Part shown: positions 1 through 9,213 of the stretch, in pieces
Numbering within the stretch: position 1 is the stretch's first letter
Layout of the letters: the number at the start of each line of letters is the position of its first letter
Virus record (IMG/VR): IMGVR_UViG_3300026549_000034
Coordinates: 64,001-128,000 of that record
Length of the DNA: 64,000 nt
Reading direction: 5' to 3' (one strand)
Source: a virus
Lineage: Duplodnaviria; Caudoviricetes
Made by a program: the position numbers and the translations under genes
The notes under the pieces: generated by a model
The model's input: only the letters and a program-made list of their open reading frames with translations
What the model was told of the DNA's origin: nothing
The model's database searches: none

Positions 1-411
1 TATAATGCATTCACAATTTATAATTTTGCGGTGATTTTCATCAGGATTGAAATATTCTTTACCTACTTTAGGAAAAATTTGTTCAATAATCTTACCAGCT
101 GTCATAAATACTTTCTTTTGATGTTCTTTTCCATCCCAACGAGCATCAAGATCTTTTAATAAAATACCGCCTTGTTCAGAATTTCGTTCAGTATTATTAC
201 GAATGAATATAATTTCTCCATCATTATTCATTGAAGCACTAATATTCATTCCATCAAGTTTTTCCTTAAGATGTTCGACTTTACCTTTAAATAATGAATC
301 AACTAATTCTATTAAATCATTAGCAGTAAAATCTGTATAATCAAAAGGATGAGCCATGTGTCCACCAGCACCACCTTCAAAAAGCATTATATATCTGGAT
401 AAATTAATCAT
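1..411 (-). CDS. Partial (runs off window) RNA-ligase/covalent nucleotidyltransferase-like phage protein (DUF6267-like) with leader peptide
   Basis: Not in ORF track. Manual translation from ATG 411: MINLSRYIMLFE-GGAGGHMAHPFD...KEKLDGMNI...IRN...INCECII. KxDG resembles ligase motif I and the E of NCECI resembles motif III. Confidence 0.6.
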   Translation of the reverse strand, partial: MINLSRYIMLFEGGAGGHMAHPFDYTDFTANDLIELVDSLFKGKVEHLKEKLDGMNISASMNNDGEIIFIRNNTERNSEQGGILLKDLDARWDGKEHQKKVFMTAGKIIEQIFPKVGKEYFNPDENHRKIINCECII

Positions 412-423
412 AATTATTTTATT

Positions 424-705
424 TTAATATTTTGTTTGTACTTTTTCAATATCATCGCTAAATCCAAATTCTGACAATTCATTAGCAGTAAATACTTTAG
501 AAGCTTCTTTGTATAAACTTATATATAATGATTCATATTCCGCACGTTTCCATTTATCTGTCTCATGATCATTTTTATATACATATGCTAATGCAAATAA
601 AATATTTTCTATATTAGCTATATTTAATTTTAATGAAACAAATTCACTATCATTTTTATTAACTGTATTTTTCTTAACTTCTAATAATGTTTTTAAATCT
701 TTCAT
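424..705 (-). CDS. Hypothetical protein with leader (MKDLKTLLE)
   Basis: ORF in tightly packed co-directional array. Confidence 0.7.
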   Translation of the reverse strand: MKDLKTLLEVKKNTVNKNDSEFVSLKLNIANIENILFALAYVYKNDHETDKWKRAEYESLYISLYKEASKVFTANELSEFGFSDDIEKVQTKY

Positions 706-735
706 AAAATTTTGTTAATAATCAATATTTTTTGT

Positions 736-969
736 TTAAAATGGTTTTTGCTTTAATGATTTTAATTTTGGAAGAAGCTTCTTTAACTCAGTTGACTCCC
801 AGCCTGTCTTTTCATAATGATCATCTTCAATAAAATGAATGAAGGAGTTTATAAATACTTTAAGTCCCTTTTCATAATAAAGATCATATAATTTGTCTGA
901 AACTTCAGTATTATAGTCAGAATAATCTTTACCAGCTTCACTTAATAAAATATCTTTAATATTTTTCAT
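736..969 (-). CDS. Hypothetical protein with leader (MKNIKDILLSE)
   Basis: ORF in array. Confidence 0.7.
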   Translation of the reverse strand: MKNIKDILLSEAGKDYSDYNTEVSDKLYDLYYEKGLKVFINSFIHFIEDDHYEKTGWESTELKKLLPKLKSLKQKPF

Positions 970-996
970 TATTATTAGTTGCTATTTATTTATAAT

Positions 997-1569
997 TTAT
1001 TTTGATCCTTTAATATATTTACCTGATACTTTTAAGTTTTTGAATTGCTTTACAACTACATCTTTTATCATTATATTATTTTTACCAATACCTACTTGAA
1101 CAAGTATCAAACATGCATCAGGACCCATTTTCTTTTGTTTATCTGATATATATATTCCTTCATTATCTAGTTTATGATAACATTTAATTTCAAAACATAA
1201 ATCACCTAAAGATAAATCATATGAATCATAATCCCCATTATCTAAATTATCATGTGTAATCATTTTTTCAAAATCACTACCAAAATAATCTTCAGATTCA
1301 ATTTCTTTATTTAATAAAAAGCTTAAATATTTTTCAATTAATATTCCTGCTGCAGAATATAATTCATATATTTCTTTATTATCTTCTTCTGAATTTGTTA
1401 AAAAATTAATATTTGCTCCATCAACATTAACGGTTAATATATTATTTGAAGATATAAGTTTTGATAATTTATTAGTTAATTGAATTTCTATATCATTCAT
1501 ATTATCATGCAAATTATTCAAAAATTTACTTTCATTTATATTCATTATGTAATTATTTAATGATTTCAT
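997..1569 (-). CDS. PD-(D/E)xK nuclease-like protein with leader
   Basis: E in LIEKY helix, then YD...FEIK (D-x8-EIK); leader MKSLNNYIMNINE. Confidence 0.5.
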   Translation of the reverse strand: MKSLNNYIMNINESKFLNNLHDNMNDIEIQLTNKLSKLISSNNILTVNVDGANINFLTNSEEDNKEIYELYSAAGILIEKYLSFLLNKEIESEDYFGSDFEKMITHDNLDNGDYDSYDLSLGDLCFEIKCYHKLDNEGIYISDKQKKMGPDACLILVQVGIGKNNIMIKDVVVKQFKNLKVSGKYIKGSK

Positions 1570-1591
1570 ATAATTTAATTTATTATTTTAT

Positions 1592-2044
1592 TTATTTTAT
1601 ATAACTTTGAGCTTTTTCATAAGTAAAATCGGCACCTTTTCCTACTAAAGTTAGATATTTATTTAAATATTCTTCAGATTTACCTTTCATATATATTTTA
1701 CAAAATTGTAAATCTGATAATTTTTTTACACCATTATAATTATAAGCATCATAGTAAAGATCATCATATTTCATAAAGAAATGATAACTTGTACCACCAT
1801 CATCTAGTAAATAATATTCAACATCATCATAAAATGGTTCATCTTCTAAGAATGATACACAATTACAAACAGTCAAACAATATCCATTATCAATTAAGTT
1901 TAATCTTGTTTGCTTAGCATTATTTGCAAGAGCTCCAGATATATCATCATACCAATCTTCTTCAGACCAAAAAGTTTCTAAGAAATTTGATAATGTACCA
2001 TAGTGTGAAATAGATTCAAATATATATTCTTTAAGTGATTTCAT
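1592..2044 (-). CDS. Putative papain/transglutaminase-fold (Cys-His-Asp) protein with leader
   Basis: NGYC...YHFFMKYDDLYYDA; leader MKSLKEYIFE. Confidence 0.45.
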   Translation of the reverse strand: MKSLKEYIFESISHYGTLSNFLETFWSEEDWYDDISGALANNAKQTRLNLIDNGYCLTVCNCVSFLEDEPFYDDVEYYLLDDGGTSYHFFMKYDDLYYDAYNYNGVKKLSDLQFCKIYMKGKSEEYLNKYLTLVGKGADFTYEKAQSYIK

Positions 2045-2047
2045 AAT

Positions 2048-3190
2048 TTATTTAATATTTTTTAAAATATTATTATATTTTTCATCAATATCTTTATAAT
2101 TAATAGTTATTCTTTCATCATTAATTTTTACTATTGCATTATGATAATTACACATATTTTGAATTGGTATTAGATATTGTTTAACTATTTTCCAAATATA
2201 ACCTGTTTTTACTTTAATATCCTTTTTATCAAAATCATAATTAAAAGTTTCATTAAGAATATTTAATATATCATCATATACAATATATTTAATTTTCTTT
2301 TGAAATGTTGGACCTTCTTCCCAGCATTTATATCTGTTTATTGATAAATATGCAGCAATAATTATATTATAAATAGTATCTTTATCATAGAAAATATTAT
2401 GTGGTGATTTAATATCTATATCTTTAATATGCAAACTTTCAATAATATATTCTTTAAGAGTCATTATTTTATGTTCTTTAATTATGTTTTGTAATTGATT
2501 TTTAAACTCATCAAATGCATTAATAAAATCATTAAACATAGAACCTACACCTTTAGGCATTATCTTCTCAAAAGCTGATTTATCTTTATTCAATATGGAT
2601 TTACGAACAGCGGTTCCTGATACACCTTCAGTACGACCTTTACCGGTATTTACCTTAAGTTTTCCTATAAGTATATTTGGTAATGTTTTTCCTGATTTGA
2701 ATTCGACTTCGAGTTCAGTATATTTAGCTAAACCTTCAACGTTTTTCTCATAATCATCTTTACGATCATCACCGCACATCCAATCTCCTACTTCATATTC
2801 ATCTGAATGTTCAGTAATAAATTGATTATATTTTCCTAATGCATCATAAATATTAACTACAGGAACAACATCAATAATATTCTTATTAGCTTTCTTAACT
2901 ATTTCAAGTTCTTTATCAATCAATTCATTTGTAAAAGGGCGTTTAAGAAGTTCTTTTTCTTGTTCAGTTAAGTCACTTGTTGGATTATCAATATATTCTA
3001 TAACTTTATTGACAGATTCATCAGTCCAAGATTTACTTGCTATTTTAATTCCTTTCTTTTTACGTTCAATAGTCTTATTTGATGAATTAATTCTATATAT
3101 AATACATGGACCATCACCTTCATTAATCATATTCAAATGACCTTGTGTAAATGGTTGGAAGCGCCCGATCGCTATATTAAGTTTTTTCAT
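2048..3190 (-). CDS. HIGH-family nucleotidyltransferase (cytidylyltransferase/NMNAT-like) fused to a C-terminal domain
   Basis: IGRFQPFTQGH, RPF, CGDDR and VSGTAVR motifs; internal leader-like MTLKEYIIE at 2464. Confidence 0.75.
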   Translation of the reverse strand: MKKLNIAIGRFQPFTQGHLNMINEGDGPCIIYRINSSNKTIERKKKGIKIASKSWTDESVNKVIEYIDNPTSDLTEQEKELLKRPFTNELIDKELEIVKKANKNIIDVVPVVNIYDALGKYNQFITEHSDEYEVGDWMCGDDRKDDYEKNVEGLAKYTELEVEFKSGKTLPNILIGKLKVNTGKGRTEGVSGTAVRKSILNKDKSAFEKIMPKGVGSMFNDFINAFDEFKNQLQNIIKEHKIMTLKEYIIESLHIKDIDIKSPHNIFYDKDTIYNIIIAAYLSINRYKCWEEGPTFQKKIKYIVYDDILNILNETFNYDFDKKDIKVKTGYIWKIVKQYLIPIQNMCNYHNAIVKINDERITINYKDIDEKYNNILKNIK

Positions 3191-3194
3191 AATT

Positions 3195-4376
3195 TTAATG
3201 TATTATTTTATAATCAGCCATAAAATGCGTTGGATAAATTCCACCATCTTTAGGTCTTATGTTAAATGTAAAATTAATATTAGATAAGTTTACTTCAATA
3301 TCTATTCTTTTAGCATTACCATCATTAGGATATTTTATAACAGCGCTTTTTATTGTATTACCAATAAATTTATTCAAATCATCTTCAGATCGCAAATCTA
3401 AATAATATACTTTAGATTTTACTAAATGAACAAGAATAAATCCATATCCTATTACTGATTTTGCAAATTCAAAAAATTTATATTTATTAATATCTTTAGT
3501 GATATCAACATTTAGTTTATTTGATTTTATTTTTCTTTCTTTATTTACATTATAATTATTAAATATATTTAAAAACAGTTGTGCATCAATATTAAATATA
3601 TTTAAAATTTCATTTCCAATTTCCCCAAATTCTTTTATATCATTATTTATAAATGCTGAATGTGGAAATACATCTTTATTATTTATTCCGGCATTTATAA
3701 ATGTTACTTTATCCCCATATTTCAATGACAAACATATGTCTTCTTGTGAATTTAATTTATCTTTATTCTGAATAGTTATTGTAACATCAGTAACCGCTTT
3801 ACCAATATTAAATTTATCAGATTTTGAATATTTTTTTCCTTCTTTAGGAAATGCATATAATTGACCATTAATTAAAGTTAAAGGGCGTTTTGTATTTTCT
3901 GCACCCATTGCTTTTGGGGTATCACATAAAATAATTTTTTTAGGATTATTACTTATTATCTTAAATAATTTATTTTGATATTCTTCATTATTTGTAAAAT
4001 TTTTAATAAAATCATCTTCAAATGCATTACCTTTATTTTTTGATGATAATCCGTTAATATATCCACTATAAGGACCTTTTGATATATCAGACCATTTAAA
4101 GCCAAATTCTTTTACTATATTATTAAATTCATTTTGTGCATTTTTATCAGTAATATCAATTTGTTTTAGTTTATTTACTGCTTCATCTGAAATTTCATTT
4201 GATTCAATTTCTGCATTTTTACCCAATTTAACTTTTTTATCTTTTATTAGAGTTTGAATAACTGCTCTTGGATAAAAATTAATATCATTATTATGTATAT
4301 GATTCCATTGCCCACTCATAGTTGCTTCAAAAATATTAACTACATGTTCAACAATATAATCTTGTAATCGTTTCAT
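3195..4376 (-). CDS. PD-(D/E)xK nuclease-like protein with leader
   Basis: NKGNAFE...VTDVTI...LSLKYG pattern; leader MKRLQDYIVE. Confidence 0.55.
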   Translation of the reverse strand: MKRLQDYIVEHVVNIFEATMSGQWNHIHNNDINFYPRAVIQTLIKDKKVKLGKNAEIESNEISDEAVNKLKQIDITDKNAQNEFNNIVKEFGFKWSDISKGPYSGYINGLSSKNKGNAFEDDFIKNFTNNEEYQNKLFKIISNNPKKIILCDTPKAMGAENTKRPLTLINGQLYAFPKEGKKYSKSDKFNIGKAVTDVTITIQNKDKLNSQEDICLSLKYGDKVTFINAGINNKDVFPHSAFINNDIKEFGEIGNEILNIFNIDAQLFLNIFNNYNVNKERKIKSNKLNVDITKDINKYKFFEFAKSVIGYGFILVHLVKSKVYYLDLRSEDDLNKFIGNTIKSAVIKYPNDGNAKRIDIEVNLSNINFTFNIRPKDGGIYPTHFMADYKIIH

Positions 4377-4431
4377 TATATTATATATTTAACTATATAT
4401 TATATATAAAAATAACTAATTTTTTATATAT

Positions 4432-4467
4432 AAAAAATTGAACCTATTTTAAAATAGATTCAATTTT
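4432..4467. terminator. Intrinsic terminator-like hairpin
   Basis: aaaattgaacctatttt/aaaatagattcaatttt inverted repeat with A/T tails. Confidence 0.6.
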
Positions 4468-4483
4468 ATATTTTATTCTTTAA

Positions 4484-4936
4484 TTATTTTTTATCTTCTT
4501 TAATTGGAATTTTAGGTATAGGTACAATATTTAATGCAGGAACATTTACTTGTACACCTTTTATATCTTCCATATTCTTTGGTGTATTTGATTCTCCAAA
4601 GTTTTCTTTATAATATTTATCTAAATCAATGCTATCTTTTGAAATATATGGTATTGGAACAATTGTTAAAAGAGGAACTTTAAGTTGTGCAGTCTTTCCA
4701 TTAGCATCAACAAATTTAATTTTGCCATCAGATTCAACAATATTTGGATGATCTAACTTAGGATATTCTTTAATCAAGTCTTCCAAAAAATCTTTAGTAA
4801 ATACTCCAGGTAATTGTTCAAGCTTTTGGATATGATTATTCATCAATTCATCAACAGTCATATCTGCTGCATCAACTACTTTTACACTGTTTGGCAATAT
4901 AAACTTACCGATTTTTTCTCTAATTCTATTAAACAT
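4484..4936 (-). CDS. Hypothetical protein
   Basis: 150-aa ORF with internal repeat VP(L/A)L(T/N)IVPIP; no leader. Confidence 0.7.
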   Translation of the reverse strand: MFNRIREKIGKFILPNSVKVVDAADMTVDELMNNHIQKLEQLPGVFTKDFLEDLIKEYPKLDHPNIVESDGKIKFVDANGKTAQLKVPLLTIVPIPYISKDSIDLDKYYKENFGESNTPKNMEDIKGVQVNVPALNIVPIPKIPIKEDKK

Positions 4937-4968
4937 ATTTAATTTTAAATAAATAATTCTTAATATTT

Positions 4969-5277
4969 TTATATTGTTATATTCATTTCATCTAATTCAT
5001 CTTTTGCCCATTGTGCTAATACATAAACAATATTATTTTTAAATTGATTAATAGTTTTCTTATTCCATTCGCATTCATCAGTTAAATAATCAAATGCATC
5101 TTTAACTAATTGATCATTTTGTTTTTTAGCCATAGCTTTCATATCTTTAATGAATTCTGAACGAGAATCATAAAAATCTTCTTTATAATGTTCATCCCAC
5201 CAATCAGCTAAATCCTGAGTCATTTCTTCTAAATCATCTTGAGATGATTCTTTAATAAAAAGTCTAATATCTTTCAT
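4969..5277 (-). CDS. Small acidic hypothetical protein with leader (MKDIRLFIKE)
   Basis: ORF in array. Confidence 0.7.
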   Translation of the reverse strand: MKDIRLFIKESSQDDLEEMTQDLADWWDEHYKEDFYDSRSEFIKDMKAMAKKQNDQLVKDAFDYLTDECEWNKKTINQFKNNIVYVLAQWAKDELDEMNITI

Positions 5278-5288
5278 ATTTTTATTAA

Positions 5289-5939
5289 TTAATATTTATT
5301 TTTTCTAACTTTATCATTTTTCTTAATATCATTTTCTGGTATTAAAATATATTCTTTTTTACCAGATTTTTTTACTTCATAATCATTATTTTCTATTAAA
5401 TCATTTAAATCATTATAACTAATCATATATAACTTAAATGAATTTTTCCTTTTATATACTTGAATGAAATAATCCCATGTCTTAATTTCTTCATCAAGGA
5501 ATAATATATATCTTTTTCCGTCTTTTAATTTACTTTTAATAAAATCAATGTCATCTAATGATAATGAATAATTGTGATTTTTTGATGACAAAGTATTTTT
5601 AACATCTATCAAAGTATTATTATATTTAATATCCCATTTTTCATTTCTGTCTTGTTCAATAGTTGAATATGTACAATCTTTACCAATTATTTCCCCTACC
5701 ATTGGTTCTATGCAAGTTTTTGAGAAAATCATTTTCCAAATAGAAATCAATGTTTCATTTGATGGATGATTACTATTAGATAACTCAACTAATTTATTAT
5801 AAAATTCTTCTGGAACAGAATCATTTAAATTATAATTATTATCAAACAATTTAGAACGATCAAATTTTTTCACTAAATCACGTAATTCTTCAATTTCATT
5901 ATTTAATTTTTCATAAATAAAACTTTTAATATCTTTCAT
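5289..5939 (-). CDS. PD-(D/E)xK nuclease-like protein with leader
   Basis: CIE...QDRNEKWDIK...IDVKN; leader MKDIKSFIYE. Confidence 0.5.
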   Translation of the reverse strand: MKDIKSFIYEKLNNEIEELRDLVKKFDRSKLFDNNYNLNDSVPEEFYNKLVELSNSNHPSNETLISIWKMIFSKTCIEPMVGEIIGKDCTYSTIEQDRNEKWDIKYNNTLIDVKNTLSSKNHNYSLSLDDIDFIKSKLKDGKRYILFLDEEIKTWDYFIQVYKRKNSFKLYMISYNDLNDLIENNDYEVKKSGKKEYILIPENDIKKNDKVRKNKY

Positions 5940-5961
5940 AATTTATAATTGATTTTTAATG

Positions 5962-6606
5962 TTATTCATCCCAAGCTTTTATAACTTTTAAATTAGGGAT
6001 ATTTAAGTTTCTTGCTGCACTAACATTTTTATGATCATCATCTACAAATACAACTTTATCATATTTTCTACATATATCCTTAAGAACTATTGCTTTCTTT
6101 TCAGCATCTGTTTTTCCAGGATATTGTTTTATGTCATCATTTACTGCATGTGAAAATGTCTCTTTGAATGAATCACCAAGTTCTTTTAATGCACCGTCTT
6201 CATCTCTAAATTTCAAAAAATCTTTTATAGCTTTCTTAATTATATCTTCACATCCGCGTGCAGTCAAAAAACAAAAATCATATCCTGCTTTAATATAGTC
6301 ATCCATTATTTTTAGATTCTTAATCAATGGTGTTCCAGATATGATTGAATTATATACTTTAACTGGATCTCTAAAATCTCTATAGTCAAATAATGATTTC
6401 TTGTTAGGGTCTTCCGCATCCGGATCTTTAGCAAATTCTTCGGTAGATAACTGTGTTTCTGTTCCATCTTCATTCTTTTTATATATAGACATTAATGATG
6501 GATTTACTTTTAAAATAGTATTATCAATATCAAATACTATTAATCCTTTAATTGAATCAGGTAAATCTTTAACATGTTCTAAAATGTATACTTGTAAAGA
6601 TTTCAT
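5962..6606 (-). CDS. HAD-superfamily phosphatase (PNKP 3'-phosphatase-like) with leader
   Basis: FDIDNT (motif I), LTARG (II), K (III), FVDDD (IV); leader MKSLQVYILE. Confidence 0.8.
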   Translation of the reverse strand: MKSLQVYILEHVKDLPDSIKGLIVFDIDNTILKVNPSLMSIYKKNEDGTETQLSTEEFAKDPDAEDPNKKSLFDYRDFRDPVKVYNSIISGTPLIKNLKIMDDYIKAGYDFCFLTARGCEDIIKKAIKDFLKFRDEDGALKELGDSFKETFSHAVNDDIKQYPGKTDAEKKAIVLKDICRKYDKVVFVDDDHKNVSAARNLNIPNLKVIKAWDE

Positions 6607-6621
6607 AGTTTAAATCAATTT

Positions 6622-6894
6622 TTATTTTATTCTTGAAATTATTTCAAAATCGTTTTCTTCAGCTTTATTAACGAAACATTCATTTACTTTAAGGTTTTCA
6701 ACCTTTTTAATTATTTCATCAACCTTTTCAGGAGTCAAATCCCAATCATAATATATATCACTTATTTCTGATATATCTTCTATTAAATATGCTCTAGGTT
6801 CTTCTCTCAAATAATAAGATACCATTGTATATTTAATATTGTTTAAATTATATGATTTTGCTTCATTAATTAAATAACTTTTAATATCTTTCAT
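6622..6894 (-). CDS. Hypothetical protein with leader (MKDIKSYLINE)
   Basis: ORF in array. Confidence 0.7.
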   Translation of the reverse strand: MKDIKSYLINEAKSYNLNNIKYTMVSYYLREEPRAYLIEDISEISDIYYDWDLTPEKVDEIIKKVENLKVNECFVNKAEENDFEIISRIK

Positions 6895-6922
6895 AATTTA
6901 AATTGTATTTTTAATTAAAAAT

Positions 6923-6951
6923 AAAAAAACCTATATTAATATAGGTCTTTT
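6923..6951. terminator. Intrinsic terminator-like hairpin
   Basis: acctatatt/aatataggt palindrome with A and T tails. Confidence 0.55.
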
Positions 6952-6974
6952 ATAAATATAAATTAATGTTTCAC

Positions 6975-7403
6975 TTATTTTTCGGGTTCATAAAAATATA
7001 AATCATTATATAAAGAATTATCTATATAATATATATGATCTATCAAATAATATTTAGCATTTAAAAATTGACCACTATATATATGTATTTGATTTTGTGA
7101 CGAATTTTTATCATCGGAACAATATATTACACCTTGACTATTTTTTGTTATTTTTTCCTTACCAAGCAAATCAAAATCAGCATCTTTATCCTTAATTGTA
7201 TATACCATTGAATCTTTTGGTATATATATGTCATATAATGGTTTTAATTCCTTTTCAGTAAATGGCGATATGACTTTATCATTTAACACTTTACTATTAA
7301 ATGTAACAAATTGTCCTTTGCCAAACTTTTCAAATTTAGATGTTAAAGGTTTTATGTTTTTTACATTTAGTTTTTCTAAAATTTTATCTTTTAATGTCTT
7401 CAT
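6975..7403 (-). CDS. Hypothetical protein with leader (MKTLKDKILE-KLNVKNI)
   Basis: ORF in array. Confidence 0.7.
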   Translation of the reverse strand: MKTLKDKILEKLNVKNIKPLTSKFEKFGKGQFVTFNSKVLNDKVISPFTEKELKPLYDIYIPKDSMVYTIKDKDADFDLLGKEKITKNSQGVIYCSDDKNSSQNQIHIYSGQFLNAKYYLIDHIYYIDNSLYNDLYFYEPEK

Positions 7404-7411
7404 AATGAAAA

Positions 7412-7846
7412 TTAATTAAATATTATTTTTCCTTCTCGTTGAACATTAGCTAATGAATCAGAACTATGCATACAATTTCTCATATTATCTTTACCATACT
7501 TATCTCTAAAATGGTGTTTGATTTCCTTCATTAATGAAATTGTATTTACTCCTGGATATTTGTCATAATCAAATGTATATTCAGCAGCTATAATTTCTCC
7601 AGAACCCATATATTTACAAAGATCATCATACCAATCTTCCTTTGAATGACAACCATATAAATTTTTAATTTGTTTATCTGTCAGTTTCATTGGATTAGTG
7701 TGATCATACATTATAAAACCTTTCTTATTTATATATTCAAATATTTCATCTTTATATTGTAGAAATCCTGGCTTAATTATAATAAATGCTTTACAATTTT
7801 CCGGAGTAGTCAAATATTCTATAATATAATCAAATAAGTTCTTCAT
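7412..7846 (-). CDS. ndk: Nucleoside diphosphate kinase with leader
   Basis: AFIIIKPG, LYGCH..WY..L..YM.SG, R..YG...RNCMHSSDS (catalytic His). Confidence 0.9.
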   Translation of the reverse strand: MKNLFDYIIEYLTTPENCKAFIIIKPGFLQYKDEIFEYINKKGFIMYDHTNPMKLTDKQIKNLYGCHSKEDWYDDLCKYMGSGEIIAAEYTFDYDKYPGVNTISLMKEIKHHFRDKYGKDNMRNCMHSSDSLANVQREGKIIFN

Positions 7847-7866
7847 GATATTAATATATAAATTTT

Positions 7867-8241
7867 TTAATCTTTGTAATATAATCCTTCAGGACCCCAT
7901 AAAAATACCGCAGTCTCACCATGTTCACCCATAGCCCCAACAGCCCATAAATTTTTTTCTCCATATTCTTTTATATAAGAATCAATATCAAATTCATTTT
8001 CAATCCATTCCATAAAATATCCTGATGAATCATATTTCTTTACAACATATTTTAATAATGAAGAAATAGTATGTGGTTTATCATAATCAATTATTGGGCA
8101 AGTAGCTATAATTTCCCACGGTTCACCATTATAATCATAAGCAGTTGTATTTAATTCTGCCTGTTTTAGTTGTTTATGATTATTCGTTTTTATGTTCTTA
8201 ACATCTAACTTTTCTTGTAATATTTGCTTTAATGTTTTCAT
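7867..8241 (-). CDS. Hypothetical protein with leader (MKTLKQILQE-KLDVKNI)
   Basis: ORF in array. Confidence 0.7.
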   Translation of the reverse strand: MKTLKQILQEKLDVKNIKTNNHKQLKQAELNTTAYDYNGEPWEIIATCPIIDYDKPHTISSLLKYVVKKYDSSGYFMEWIENEFDIDSYIKEYGEKNLWAVGAMGEHGETAVFLWGPEGLYYKD

Positions 8242-8771
8242 ATAAAAAACTTCATATTTTTAAGTGTACTATATTCTTTATCTGATAAATATATTCTAAT
8301 TATTGAATCTTTATATGATCGCCATATATACATATAATTATTATATAATGTACCTATACTGTTATTTGTAAATTGTATATAATATTTGTCACGCTTTAAA
8401 TAAAATTTAGATAATTCATTATTTATTTTTTCACAAATATCTTTAGATAATATTGGTGAATCATCTTCATTAAATAAATTTATTTTTACTCTATTACGAT
8501 TTATGTTAACATCTGGTATAAATAAATTTCCTTTATTATAGAATGAAAAATATAATCTTAATGAATTGTTTTTATCAGTACTAATTTCGATATCTTTTAA
8601 GTTATATTTATTATACAATTTTTGAATTTGACCAAAAAACATATTAAAATCATATTTATATAAAGTCTCCGAAGGTAACACTAATACTTCTTCAGTTGAA
8701 TAATCAAGTTGTGTATCTTTCATATCTCTTGATATTTTAAGTTTTTCAGCTATTTCTGAATATTTTTTCAT
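8238..8771 (-). CDS. Hypothetical protein with leader (MKKYSEIAE-KL)
   Basis: ORF with ATGA overlaps to its neighbours. Confidence 0.7.
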   Translation of the reverse strand: MKKYSEIAEKLKISRDMKDTQLDYSTEEVLVLPSETLYKYDFNMFFGQIQKLYNKYNLKDIEISTDKNNSLRLYFSFYNKGNLFIPDVNINRNRVKINLFNEDDSPILSKDICEKINNELSKFYLKRDKYYIQFTNNSIGTLYNNYMYIWRSYKDSIIRIYLSDKEYSTLKNMKFFI

Positions 8772-9175
8772 AATTCACGTTTAACAATTATATTTATTAA
8801 TTCTTTTTCTTTATCTGTTAATATTATATCATATTTATCTGAATTTTTGTTGTTTTGAGTCATTACATATATATTTTTTATACAATTAGCTCCTCGCGCA
8901 AAATCATAATAAATACCATCTTTTACTAAAACATAATGATTTCCACACATTGCATCATCATCGCTAAGTAAATTTTGTGCACATTCAGAAAAATCAAAAT
9001 ATATGTCTAATGCATATTTGTTAAACATTTTAGGAAATTCATTTATAATTAACTTACATATTTTTTTACAATCCCCATATTTTTGTTTGTCTATACATTC
9101 TTCCCAAGTATTTGTTTTATAATATGACATTAAATATTTTTTAACCTTTTCTATTTGTTTATTAGATAAACTCAT
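8768..9175 (-). CDS. Putative papain/transglutaminase-fold protein
   Basis: YGDC...NHYVLVKDGIYYDF, similar motif layout to 1592..2044. Confidence 0.45.
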   Translation of the reverse strand: MSLSNKQIEKVKKYLMSYYKTNTWEECIDKQKYGDCKKICKLIINEFPKMFNKYALDIYFDFSECAQNLLSDDDAMCGNHYVLVKDGIYYDFARGANCIKNIYVMTQNNKNSDKYDIILTDKEKELINIIVKREL

Positions 9176-9213
9176 ATTTTTGTCTTTTTAATTAAAATAG
9201 TATTTATGACTAA

